From positions 663,848 to 727,847 of the forward strand of contig CAVUZY010000004.1 of assembly GCA_963746075.1 (NCBI GenBank): DNA of 64,000 nt, in the 5' to 3' direction. Within the stretch, counting starts at the first letter, position 1, and every line of letters begins with the position of its first letter. Below, one piece after another: positions 52,154-61,386 of this stretch. The stretch comes from an uncultured Chloroflexia bacterium (GTDB lineage Bacteria > Chloroflexota > Limnocylindria > Limnocylindrales > CSP1-4). Position numbers and translations under genes: made by a program. The notes beneath the pieces are model-generated. The model was given only the letters and a program-made list of their open reading frames with translations. It was not told where the DNA came from and did no database searches.

Positions 52154-52191
52154 CCGGCGGCGCCATCGCCGGGAGGCGGCGGCCGGTCAGG

Positions 52192-53304
52192 TCAGCGCGG
52201 CGGCGCGGCCTCGGAGACGTACGCGTTCACGCTCCCGCCCCAATCGGACGCGAACAGCACCCGCTTGCCGTCTCGCGAGGCCACCGCATGCGGTTGCCCC
52301 GCGTAGTCGGCGCGCGTGAGGTGGGCGAACCCGAACGGGACCACCATACCGTCCCGCTTGACGGCGACGATCTGGTCATGGCCCGGACGGCCGGCGGTGA
52401 GCGCGGTGTCGTAGTTGGACAGGATCGGGAGCGGACCGCGCCCACTGACATGCCCGTACTCGAACGCCGATCCGGTCAGCAGCGTCGTTCCGGCGCCCGT
52501 GGCGAGGTCGAACGAGACGACGTTCGGGGCGTTGTTGGCGACGAACGCCTCACGCCCGCCGACGATCGCGTTGTCGCCGTGGTTGGCAAACGGATACAGG
52601 ACGCGGCTCGACGAGAGATCACGCGGATAGACCCGGGTGTCGCCCCCGACCACGACGACGAAGTTGCCCAGGCGACTGATCTGGGCGCTGTCCATCGGCG
52701 GAGCCGCGATGTCGCCCGCCGGGGCGTTGGCGACGAGGTCCCACACGATCAGCCGGCCGCCCGCGGTCAGGCAGACGTAGCGGTCGTCGTCGGAGATGCC
52801 GCCCTCGTAGTTGCCGATGCTCACCGGGCCGGCGAAGGCGTGGACCGTCGTCACGGCACCGGTCGTCGCGTCCTGCCGGACGAGGTCGTTGCCCCGGGCA
52901 CCGAAGATCAGGTTCGGGTCCGTGTTCGACCACATGGCAAATGGCACTGGCACGAACGGACCGAGGTCCGCGTAGGTCCGCCCGTCCAGCATCCTGCCAT
53001 CGACCGGTGTGAACGAGAGCAGGAGGCGCGAGCCGTCGCTGTTCCACGGTTGGATGCGGGCGTAGGAGTGGCGCGCGCCGGTGCTGATGCGGGTGATCCT
53101 GACCCCGGCTTCGACGAGCGACTCGAGGTAGCCGGGTGGCGAGCTCGCCGGGGTCGGAGCGAAGGCGAGGGTCGTCGTCGGGATGTGCGTCGCCCCGCGG
53201 AACGTCCGGCTGTCCACCCCGATGAGGCTGAGGCCGAGGAAGAGGACGACGAGACCGATCACGCCGACGCTGCGCGACTGGACGATCGACCGCTGGGGAG
53301 GCAA
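52192..53304 (-). CDS. hypothetical exported β-propeller-like protein
   Basis: N-terminal TM/signal VIGLVVLFLGLSLIG, then repeated β-strand-rich sequence. No family motif recognised. Confidence 0.5.
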   Translation of the reverse strand: MPPQRSIVQSRSVGVIGLVVLFLGLSLIGVDSRTFRGATHIPTTTLAFAPTPASSPPGYLESLVEAGVRITRISTGARHSYARIQPWNSDGSRLLLSFTPVDGRMLDGRTYADLGPFVPVPFAMWSNTDPNLIFGARGNDLVRQDATTGAVTTVHAFAGPVSIGNYEGGISDDDRYVCLTAGGRLIVWDLVANAPAGDIAAPPMDSAQISRLGNFVVVVGGDTRVYPRDLSSSRVLYPFANHGDNAIVGGREAFVANNAPNVVSFDLATGAGTTLLTGSAFEYGHVSGRGPLPILSNYDTALTAGRPGHDQIVAVKRDGMVVPFGFAHLTRADYAGQPHAVASRDGKRVLFASDWGGSVNAYVSEAAPPR

Positions 53305-53390
53305 GGCGTCAGGCTCGGATCACGGGGAGTGCAGCGGCCAATGCCGCCATCGTCGTTCGGGCGCGACGGCCGTCCCGCCACGGGTTCTGA

Positions 53391-53466
53391 TGGGGTGGCC
53401 TACGGGGGTCGAACCCGTAACCGCTGGAGCCACAATCCAGTGCTCTACCATTGAGCTAAGGCCACC
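53391..53466 (-). tRNA. tRNA-His (anticodon GTG) with genomically encoded G-1 and 3' CCA
   Basis: On the minus strand: G GTGGCCT TA GCTCAATGGTAGAGC A CTGGA TTGTGGC TCCAG CGGTT ACGGG TTCGACC CCCGT AGGCCAC C CCA. The cloverleaf pairs correctly, the anticodon loop is UUGUGGC, and G-1 pairs with discriminator C73. Confidence 0.85.
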
Positions 53467-53616
53467 ATGCACGCACGCCGGCGGCGAGGCCGGCGTGGGC
53501 CACGGGAGTCTACCGGATTCGGCGTTCGCGTCGACATCCCGAGGAGCGTCTGTACAGCGCGCGCGTCACCTGCCATGATCCGCGTCCGCCGGCCCAAGGT
53601 GGGGAGGACCGCGATG

Positions 53617-55104
53617 ACTGATCGCCGCCGCGTCACCCGGCTCGTCGTGCTCGTCGTCGCCGGTCTGGCCGTCGCCGGCACGAGCGCTCCGACGCCCCCG
53701 CCCGGCCCGACCCAGCCGCTCAACAGCGGCGGAACCCTCCACATGACGGCCGATCAGCCGGTCGCGGTCCAGCCGCTGGTCTTCGTCGTCGAGCACGGCC
53801 AGCTCGCGTCGATCGCCATCACGCCCACGATCTCCGGCGCTCCCGATCAGGGATCGATCCTGACGTCGATCGTCCGGACGGATCAGGTCGGATCCGGATC
53901 CGACCCCGCGATCAGCAGCCCGTCGGGGCCGCCCACCCGGACCTGGTCCGCCGGCTGCCAATCGAACCCATGCGTCGTTCGCTACGCCCTCGTCGTCACG
54001 TGGTTCGACGCGCCTCCGCGCGGCGAGGTGGACGTGACGTGGGCCGTCGACGCAACGGCGACGTATGCGGGCTCGGCGCCGGCCGGCGCCACGCCCGGTC
54101 GGGTGACGCTGGCCGCTCCGGCGGCCGAACCCGGGGCGCGGGCGACGCTGAGCCACGAGACGAGTGGCAAGCCCGTCCACCTGACGGAGGGCGACCGCTT
54201 CCGCTCGTGGACGATCACCCTCACCCGAGACAGCTCGGCCGAGCCGGCGACGAGCTCCGCGCCGACCACCCTCGCTCGACTCGACCTCACCGCGGCCCAG
54301 GTCGCCGGTCCGGCTGTCGTCCTGGGCGAGGACGGCCAGCCCGAGGATCGCCGAGCCCGGAACCGGCCGGACCCGCCGGTCCAGCTCCGCCTCGATACCT
54401 CCGACAGGCGGCAGACCACGAGCTGGGCACCCGACCGACCGATCGAGTTCGATCCGTTCGTGTCGTGTCGGGTGGACCTGCCGTGCGAGACGACGCTGAC
54501 CATCCAGGTCGTCTGGGCCGACGGCCGGCCGGACACGGCGTTCGACGCCGGCTGGACGCTCGACCTCGCGTCGATCCACGCCTCCGAGCCACCTCCGGCG
54601 ATCGAGGCCACGGTCGAGGCGGTTCCGCCGATCCATCTCGCGTCGGCATCGGCCGGCGGCACCTTCGACGAGCCGGGTTCGTTCAACCAGCCGGCGGTGC
54701 ACTTCGTGGTGAACGCGCCACCCTTCCGGGACCAGCCGTCGGACGCGGGCCGGACCGTGCCGGCTCGGGCGTTGGCGACGGTCATGGTCACCTCTGTCGG
54801 CGCCGTACCGCTGCCGGCCGACGCCGAGATCTCGATCTTCGCCGGTGCCTACGGCGTCATCGTGCATCCCGGCGAATCGGCGACGTTCGCCTTCGAGCCG
54901 CGGGGGCTGTGCCGGGCGGACGTCCTGGGCACCTGTTCCGCCGAGGGAGCGCTCGGCGCCGCCATCGTCAAGCCCAATCGCAACCAGACCAAGATCGACG
55001 GCATGGTCGCCCGGATCGAGTGGACGATCGAGGCCGCCGTCGGGACGGTCGACAAGGGCACGGCGGTCTTCCTCGTGGAGCCACAGCCGACGAGGCGCCC
55101 ATGA
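53617..55104 (+). CDS. hypothetical secreted protein
   Basis: Start MTDRRRVTRLVVLVVAGLAVAGTSAPT (signal/anchor), then a ~470-aa domain with no recognised motif. Stop overlaps the next ATG (ATGA). Confidence 0.5.
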   Translation, partial: TDRRRVTRLVVLVVAGLAVAGTSAPTPPPGPTQPLNSGGTLHMTADQPVAVQPLVFVVEHGQLASIAITPTISGAPDQGSILTSIVRTDQVGSGSDPAISSPSGPPTRTWSAGCQSNPCVVRYALVVTWFDAPPRGEVDVTWAVDATATYAGSAPAGATPGRVTLAAPAAEPGARATLSHETSGKPVHLTEGDRFRSWTITLTRDSSAEPATSSAPTTLARLDLTAAQVAGPAVVLGEDGQPEDRRARNRPDPPVQLRLDTSDRRQTTSWAPDRPIEFDPFVSCRVDLPCETTLTIQVVWADGRPDTAFDAGWTLDLASIHASEPPPAIEATVEAVPPIHLASASAGGTFDEPGSFNQPAVHFVVNAPPFRDQPSDAGRTVPARALATVMVTSVGAVPLPADAEISIFAGAYGVIVHPGESATFAFEPRGLCRADVLGTCSAEGALGAAIVKPNRNQTKIDGMVARIEWTIEAAVGTVDKGTAVFLVEPQPTRRP

Positions 55105-56679
55105 CCGACGGCCTGTCGGCGGCGGGCGGGACCAACCGGCCGGTGACCCTCGATGGCGTCGAGCCGCGAGGGCGCGTGATCGCCGGCGACGGCCTGCTCC
55201 ACCCGGTCGTGATCGGCGGCGATCCTCGTCCTCCTGGTCAACGACCAGGTCCTCAAGCGGGCGTGGCCGGGGGTCGTGACGGGCAAGCTGTCGGACATCG
55301 CCGGGCTCGTCTTCGCACCGCTCCTCCTCGTCGCCGCCGCGGAGCTGCTGACGAGCGTTGCCGGTCGCTGGGACGCCCCGAGCCGGCGCTGGCTGACCGC
55401 GGCGGTTGCGGCGATCGGGCTCGGGTTCGCCGCCGTGAAGCTCATCCCCGAGGCGGAGGCGCTCTGGGAGGCGGGCCTCGGCGCCGTTCAATGGCCGGTC
55501 TCGGCCCTCGGCGACTTGGCCGCAGGACGCGGGCTGCCCCCGATCCGCCCGATCGCGTCGACGCCGGACGCGACGGACCTCGTCGCGATCCCGGCGGTCT
55601 GGCTGGCGCATGCGATCGGCCTCCGGCGGGTGGCTCGCGGCTCCGCCGAGCAGGCGGCGACCGTCGACCGGGCGGTGACACGAACGGGGAACTGGTGGTA
55701 CGAGCTTGCGGTCGCGACCCTCGCGGTGGCGATGCTCGCGGGCGCCACGATCGACGGCTGGGCCCACACCCACGACCCGACGTCGCTCGAGACGATCCTC
55801 ACGCCGTGGCACGCCGTCGTCTACCTGTCGTTCGCCCTGGTCGCGTTCCTCGTCTTCGCGCCGCTGCTCGCGGCGCGCCTGGAGGGCCGCGACACGGTCC
55901 GGGCGATCCCGCCCGGGTTCGGCTGGTCGGTCGCCGGCGTCGTCGCCTTCGCCGTCGTCGGGCTGCTCGATCTCGGGTGGCACCTCGTGTTCGGGCTCGA
56001 GGCCGACACCGAGGCCCTGCTCAGCCCGACCCATCTGGGACTCGGCGTGACCTCGGCCATGATCGCGAGCGGTCCGCTCCGCGCGGCCTGGATCCGCCGC
56101 GACGATCGGCCCGGCGAGGCAATCTGGCCGTCCTTCCTGCCCGCCGTCCTCGCCGTCGTGGCGATCGTCGGCGTTGCCGCCTTCGCCCTCCACCCGGTCA
56201 ACCTGTTTGTCGATGCGTGGCCGCGCTGGCCGTACGGCCGGTTCGACGCGACGTGGTACGCCCCGAACCTCGGCATCGCGGGAGCGATCATCCCGACCCT
56301 GCTCGTCGTCGTGCCGCTCCTCGAGCTGCTCCGGCGCTGGCCGGTCCTGCCGGCCGGCACCGCGACGATCCTCGTCGGTGCGACGATGGCCGGCCTCACG
56401 TTCCTCCACGACGGCTGGGTGCTGGTCGGCGCCCCGATCCTCGGCGGCCTCCTGATCGACCTCGTCCTGCTCGCGGTGCCCCGCGGACCCCTTCGGCCGT
56501 GGCTCGTTGCGGGCGTCGGACCAGCGCTCCTGTTTGTCGCCTACTTCGTCGTCGTCGCTCGGACCGGGCCCGTCACGTGGACCGCCCACCTGATCGGCGG
56601 AACCGTCGCGATCGCCGCGTTGACCGGTCTCGCGCTGGCGCTCCTGGCGCGACAGCCACGCACGATCCAGTCCGCCTGA
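55101..56679 (+). CDS. polytopic integral membrane protein, unknown function; frameshift near 55215
   Basis: At least 12 hydrophobic helices (ORF 55276..56679). In-frame upstream continuation AILVLLVNDQVLKRAWPGVVTGKLSDIAG joins the ATG at 55101 only after a 1-nt shift. Confidence 0.5.
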
Positions 56680-56724
56680 TTGACCGCGCCGCCAACCCGG
56701 CCTACCATCCGCCCACAACTGAAG

Positions 56725-56875
56725 ACGCTTATCAAGAGTGGTGGAGGGACCGGCCCTGTGAAGCCCGACAACCGACCGGCGGCGACGCCGGCACGGTGCC
56801 AAATCCGGGCAGGTCCTCCTGCGAGATAAGGTCCTTCAGACGGCCCTTCCTCACAGGAAGGGTCGCTTGGTTTCT
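56725..56875 (+). ncRNA. SAM-I (S-box) riboswitch with a terminator-type expression platform upstream of the thrC-like gene
   Basis: gcUUAUCAAGAGuGGuGGAGGGAccGGCCCuguGAAGCCCgaCAACCgaccggcg...GGUGCCAAAUCCgggCAGgu...GAGAUAAG matches the S-box consensus blocks. Downstream hairpin cccuucc-ucaca-ggaaggg followed by ucgcuugguuucu. Confidence 0.8.
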
Positions 56876-56905
56876 CGGGCTCGATGACGGCGGCGGTCCT
56901 CCACG

Positions 56906-58228
56906 ATGGAGACGACCACGATGACGCTCGAGACCCCGATCCGGCCGGCCGAGCCGGCCGACACGCCGCCGACGACCCCATCCCATGTCCGCGGGCTGCG
57001 CTGTCGCGCGTGCGGCCGGCCCGACGAGCTCGGCCCCAGCTTCGTCTGCGTCGCCTGTTTCGGGCCGCTCGAGGTCGTCTACGACCACGACGTGGCTCGG
57101 GCACGCTTGACCAAGGAGTCCATCGCCGCGCGTGCGCCGGGGATCTGGCGCTACCTGGAGCTGCTGCCGGTCGCCGCCGCGCCGGAGCGCGGCCTCGCGG
57201 TCGGCTCGACCGCCCTCGTCCGGGCCGATCGACTCGGCCGCGACCTGGACCTCGGCACCGGCACGACCCTCCGCCTGAAGGACGACACCCGCAATCCCAC
57301 CCTCTCGTTCAAGGACCGGGTCGTGGCCGTCGCCACCGCCCGAGCCGTCGAGTTCGGCTTCGACACCCTCGCCTGCGCCTCGACCGGCAACCTGGCCGGC
57401 GCGACCGCGGCGGCGGCCGCCGCGACCGGCCTCCGGGCGTTCGTGTTCGTCCCGGCCGACCTCGAGCCGGCCAAGGTCGAGCACGCCCTGAGCTACGGCG
57501 CGACGGTCGTCCGGGTCGACGGCACGTACGACGACATCAACCGCCTCAGCCTCGAGATCGCCGATGAGGAGGGCTGGGCTTTCGTCAACGTCAACCTCCG
57601 GCCGTTCTACGCCGAGGGCAGCAAGACGATCGCGTTCGAGATCGCCGAGCAGCTCGACTGGCGCCTGCCGGATGTCCTGGTGGGGCCGATCGCATCCGGC
57701 TCGATGTTCACGAAGATCGCCAAGGGCTTCGACGAGCTGGCGGACATCGGCCTGGTCGAGCGCAAGGACGTCCGGTTCGTCGGTGGCCAGCCGGAGGGGT
57801 GCGCGCCCGTCGCGACCGCGTTCGCCGAGGGCGTCGACGAGATCCGGCCGGTCCGGACGCCCGACACGATCGTCCGGTCGCTCGCGATCGGCTCGCCGGC
57901 CGACGGCGGCTACGCGCTGGAGCTGGCGCGCCGGACCGGCGGCTCGATCGAGTCGATCCCGGACGCTGCGACGGCGTCGGCCATCCGGAGGACCGCCGCG
58001 AACGAGGGGATCTTCGTCGAGACGGCCGGCGGTGTGACCGTGGCCGCGGTGGAGGCAGCCCGCGCTCGTGGCGTGATCCACGACGGCGACGAGGTCGTGG
58101 CGATCCTCTCCGGCAACGGGGTCAAGACGCCGGACGCGCGCCGGTTCGGGCTCGATGGCGAGGCTGAAGGGTTCGCCGATCCGATCGCCGCGACGTACGC
58201 GGCGTTTTCGGAGCGCCATTCCGTCTGA
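56906..58228 (+). CDS. threonine synthase-family PLP enzyme with an N-terminal Cys4 zinc ribbon (ThrC-like; possibly a MetM-type methionine-biosynthesis enzyme given the SAM riboswitch)
   Basis: CRACGRPDELGPSFVCVACFG ribbon. PLP-Lys motif TLSFKDRVVAVATARA. Fold-type II PLP enzyme. 440 aa, intact. Confidence 0.8.
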   Translation: METTTMTLETPIRPAEPADTPPTTPSHVRGLRCRACGRPDELGPSFVCVACFGPLEVVYDHDVARARLTKESIAARAPGIWRYLELLPVAAAPERGLAVGSTALVRADRLGRDLDLGTGTTLRLKDDTRNPTLSFKDRVVAVATARAVEFGFDTLACASTGNLAGATAAAAAATGLRAFVFVPADLEPAKVEHALSYGATVVRVDGTYDDINRLSLEIADEEGWAFVNVNLRPFYAEGSKTIAFEIAEQLDWRLPDVLVGPIASGSMFTKIAKGFDELADIGLVERKDVRFVGGQPEGCAPVATAFAEGVDEIRPVRTPDTIVRSLAIGSPADGGYALELARRTGGSIESIPDAATASAIRRTAANEGIFVETAGGVTVAAVEAARARGVIHDGDEVVAILSGNGVKTPDARRFGLDGEAEGFADPIAATYAAFSERHSV

Positions 58229-58521
58229 GGCTAGACGACACCCAATCGCAACCGTCCCACGGGTTGCATCATCCACTCCGACGATGCAAGGTATGCACAT
58301 GCACCGCATCTTCTTGACCGACGAGGCGAAGAAGAAGCTCTGGCGGCCCTGCCGGGAGGCACGGGCCCTGGGGCTCTGACGGCGCGCAAGCGAACACCGA
58401 CAGGAGTCTCCGGGCACGGAGGCTCCAGGGGCCGCGGCACCACGAGGTGACCGCGGCGTTCTGATTCCTGGCCTCCCTCGACCGCCCGGCGGCTCCTCGA
58501 CAGCGACGAGGAGACACGCGG

Positions 58522-59274
58522 ATGACCACCACGATCGTTCTTGGTCGGGGCCCGCTCGGCCGGGCGGTGGCCGAGGCGCTCGGCGACCGCGGCGAAGCGG
58601 TCGAGGTCGTTGGCCGGCCCGCCGACGGCCGGCACGCGCCTGCCACGTTCCTCGGCACCGACGTCGTCGTCGACGCCTCGCGGGCCGAGGCCGTCGCCGG
58701 CAACGTCGAGGCGGCGCTCGACGCCGGATGCCGCGCCTTGGTCATCGCGACGACCGGTTGGCAGACCGACCTTGACCGCGTCGGGGCAGCGCTGCGGCGG
58801 GCGGGCGCGGCTGCGGTCGTCGCGCCGAACCTGGCCCTCGGCGCGGCGCTCTTCCTGCGCCTGGTCGACGAGGCCGCCCGACTGGCCGGGGCGATCGGCG
58901 GCTTCGAGCCGTCCGTCCTCGAGTGGCATCGCCGGTCCAAGGCGGATCGGCCGTCGGGGACCGCCCGCGAGATCGTCCGTCGCCTTGCGGCCGCCGACCA
59001 CCGGATCGACAGCGACGAGGTCGCGGTGCTCCGGTCCGGCTCGATGCCCGGGATGCACGTCGTCGGCTTCGACGGCACCAGCGAGACGATCGAGCTCCGG
59101 CTGACCGCCCGCGACCGGTCGGGCTACGCGACGGGGGCGCTTGCCGCGATCGACTGGCTGCGGGCGATGCCCCGTACTCCGGGGATCCACGCGTTCGACG
59201 AGGTCGTCGACGAGCGGATCGCCGCCGCTCGCGGCGGATCGCGAGAGCTCGAACCGGTCGGCGCCACCGCCTGA
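58522..59274 (+). CDS. dapB: 4-hydroxy-tetrahydrodipicolinate reductase
   Basis: EWHRRSKADRPSGTAREI (the E-x-H-H-x-x-K-x-D-x-PSGTA signature) and an N-terminal Rossmann fold. Confidence 0.8.
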   Translation: MTTTIVLGRGPLGRAVAEALGDRGEAVEVVGRPADGRHAPATFLGTDVVVDASRAEAVAGNVEAALDAGCRALVIATTGWQTDLDRVGAALRRAGAAAVVAPNLALGAALFLRLVDEAARLAGAIGGFEPSVLEWHRRSKADRPSGTAREIVRRLAAADHRIDSDEVAVLRSGSMPGMHVVGFDGTSETIELRLTARDRSGYATGALAAIDWLRAMPRTPGIHAFDEVVDERIAAARGGSRELEPVGATA

Positions 59275-59318
59275 CCGAACCCACCAACGATTTCGCCACG
59301 TTCGACTGGAGAATCCCA

Positions 59319-60307
59319 TGACCCCGCTCTTTCGCGACAACACCACTGCAGCCGCCACCCACCCACCCTTGAGAGGTGCGCTGACCGCCTTGGTCACGCC
59401 CTTTGCCGCCGACAACTCGGTCGACGAGGATGCCCTCCGCCGTCTCGTCCGCTGGCAGGTCCTCGCCGGCATCGACGGCATCGTCCCCGTCGGCACCACC
59501 GGCGAGGCCCCGACGCTGACGCCGGCCGAGCGCGATCGGGTGATCGCGATCACGGTCGAGACCGTCGCCGAGCGGGCATCGCGCGGACGGGTGCCGGTCG
59601 TCGCCGGCACCGGCACGAACGACACGGCGGCGACGATCGCCGCCACCCGCCGGGCCGCGGAGCTCGGTGCGGACGCCGCCCTCGTCGTCGCCCCGTACTA
59701 CAACCGGCCCGACGGCCGGATGCTCGACGCCCATTTCCGGGCCGTCGCCGACGACGGCGACCTGCCGATCGTGGTCTACAACGTCCCGTCGCGGACCGGC
59801 ACCAACGTCCCGCTGGACGTGTTCCTGCGGCTCGCCGAGCACCCGCGGGTCATCGGGATCAAGGAGGCGAGCGGCAACCTCGAACAGATCGCCCGGATCT
59901 GTCGCGATCGGCCGCGTGGCGTCGCGGTCCTGGCCGGCGACGACGCCTGGACGCTGCCGATCCTGGCCATGGGCGGCGACGGCGTCGTCTCGGTCGCGAG
60001 CAATGAGATCCCGGGCGAGCTCGTCGCGCTGTGCGACGCGGCGCTGGCCGGCGACTGGGACGGCGCACGCCGGATCCACGAGCGATGGCTGCCGCTGTTC
60101 TTCGCCAACTTCGCCGGCGGGCCGAATCCCGTGCCGGTGAAGGCGGCGCTCGAGCTGATGGGCCTGCTCGAGGCGGACGTCGTCCGACAGCCCCTCCTGG
60201 CGCTCGCGCCGGAAGCCCGGATCGACCTCGCCGCGACCCTCCGCGGTCTCGGCCTCGTCGAGGCGGCCGGTGGACGGATGCGGACCCTGGTGGAGGTGCC
60301 GGCATGA
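59319..60307 (+). CDS. dapA: 4-hydroxy-tetrahydrodipicolinate synthase
   Basis: ALVTPF...GIVPVGTTGE...VVYNVPSRTG...IGIKEASGN (Schiff-base Lys context). Stop overlaps the dapD start (ATGA). Confidence 0.85.
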
Positions 60308-61164
60308 GAGGGCTCGTGGCCGATCGCCGTCCGCCGCCCGCGCCGCCCGCGCCGGCCGACCTCGCGGACCTCGCCGACCTGGCGGACCTCGCGCCGGCCG
60401 ACCTGTCGACAGCCGACCTGCTGGCGACGCTCACCGCGGGCCGGCTCCGTGCCGCCGAGCCCGATTCGACCGCGCCCGATGGCTGGCGCGTTCGTCCGGA
60501 CGTGAAGGAGGCGATCGTCGCCTGCTTCGCGGACCGGACGATGACGTCGTGGCAGGTCGGGCCGCTGGCGTTCCACGATCGGGCTGCGCTGCCGCCGATC
60601 GACCCGGGCGCGGATCGCCGGATCGTGCCCGGTGGCACGGCGATCCGGGCCGGCGCGTGCCTCGCCCCGGGCGTGATCGTGATGCCGCCGTCGTACGTCA
60701 ACGTCGGCGCCTGGATCGGCGCCGGCACGATGGTCGACTCGCATGTCCTGGTCGGGTCGTGCGCCCAGATCGGGGAGCGCGTCCATCTCGCCGCCGGGGT
60801 CACGATCGGCGGCGTCCTCGAGCCGGCCGGCGCGCGGCCGGTGATCGTCGAGGACGACGCGTTCGTCGGCGCCGGGAGCCGCCTGCTCGAGGGCGTGCTC
60901 GTCGGGGCCGGCGCGGTCATCGGGGCGGGCGTGGTGCTGACCGGGTCCTCGCGTCTCTACGACCTGGTCGACGAGCGGGAGCTCGTCGGGACGGCGGAGC
61001 GACCGCTGGTCGTGCCGCCCGGCGCGGTGGTCGTGCCCGGCAGCCGCCCAGCGAGCGGCGCGTGGGCCGAGGCGCGCGGTCTCGCGATCACGACGGCGAT
61101 GATCATCAAGCGGCGCGATCCGGGGACGGATGCGCGGGTCGCGTTGGAAGCCGCGCTGCGCTGA
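60304..61164 (+). CDS. dapD: 2,3,4,5-tetrahydropyridine-2,6-dicarboxylate N-succinyltransferase (actinobacterial type)
   Basis: Left-handed β-helix hexapeptide repeats SYVNVGAWIGAGTMVDSHVLVGSCAQIGERVHLAAGVTIGGVLEP. Collinear with mycobacterial DapD as I recall it. Forms a dapB-dapA-dapD cluster. Confidence 0.75.
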   Translation: MRGLVADRRPPPAPPAPADLADLADLADLAPADLSTADLLATLTAGRLRAAEPDSTAPDGWRVRPDVKEAIVACFADRTMTSWQVGPLAFHDRAALPPIDPGADRRIVPGGTAIRAGACLAPGVIVMPPSYVNVGAWIGAGTMVDSHVLVGSCAQIGERVHLAAGVTIGGVLEPAGARPVIVEDDAFVGAGSRLLEGVLVGAGAVIGAGVVLTGSSRLYDLVDERELVGTAERPLVVPPGAVVVPGSRPASGAWAEARGLAITTAMIIKRRDPGTDARVALEAALR

Positions 61165-61386
61165 TCGCGGGATCGCCCGGCCGCGGCTGGTGCGGTCAGG
61201 TGCGGACGCGTGCGGTCAGGCACGGTGCGGACCACTCCGGGGTGATCCGCCACGTTGCGGAGTGGCGACTGGTACCCGTGCCCGGTGCGTTCGGGACCAT
61301 CGCGTCGCGGTTGGCACCACCCGCGCGGCCTAGGGTCGAAGCACGCCCGACTCCCCACCAAACGACCGCACGAGACCAGACCGCTG

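Noticed and set aside
53305-53616. Integrated mobile element or genomic island at tRNA-His
   Set aside because: No integrase, recombinase, att-like direct repeat of the tRNA 3' end, or GC anomaly flanks the tRNA. Neighbouring genes look native.
53566-56802. 1078-aa minus-strand ORF antisense to the secreted protein and membrane protein genes, and similar long antisense ORFs at 20118..22169, 22196..24697 and 27723..29372
   Set aside because: All are antisense to well-supported genes and encode Arg/Gly/Asp-rich low-complexity sequence. They are high-GC artefacts.
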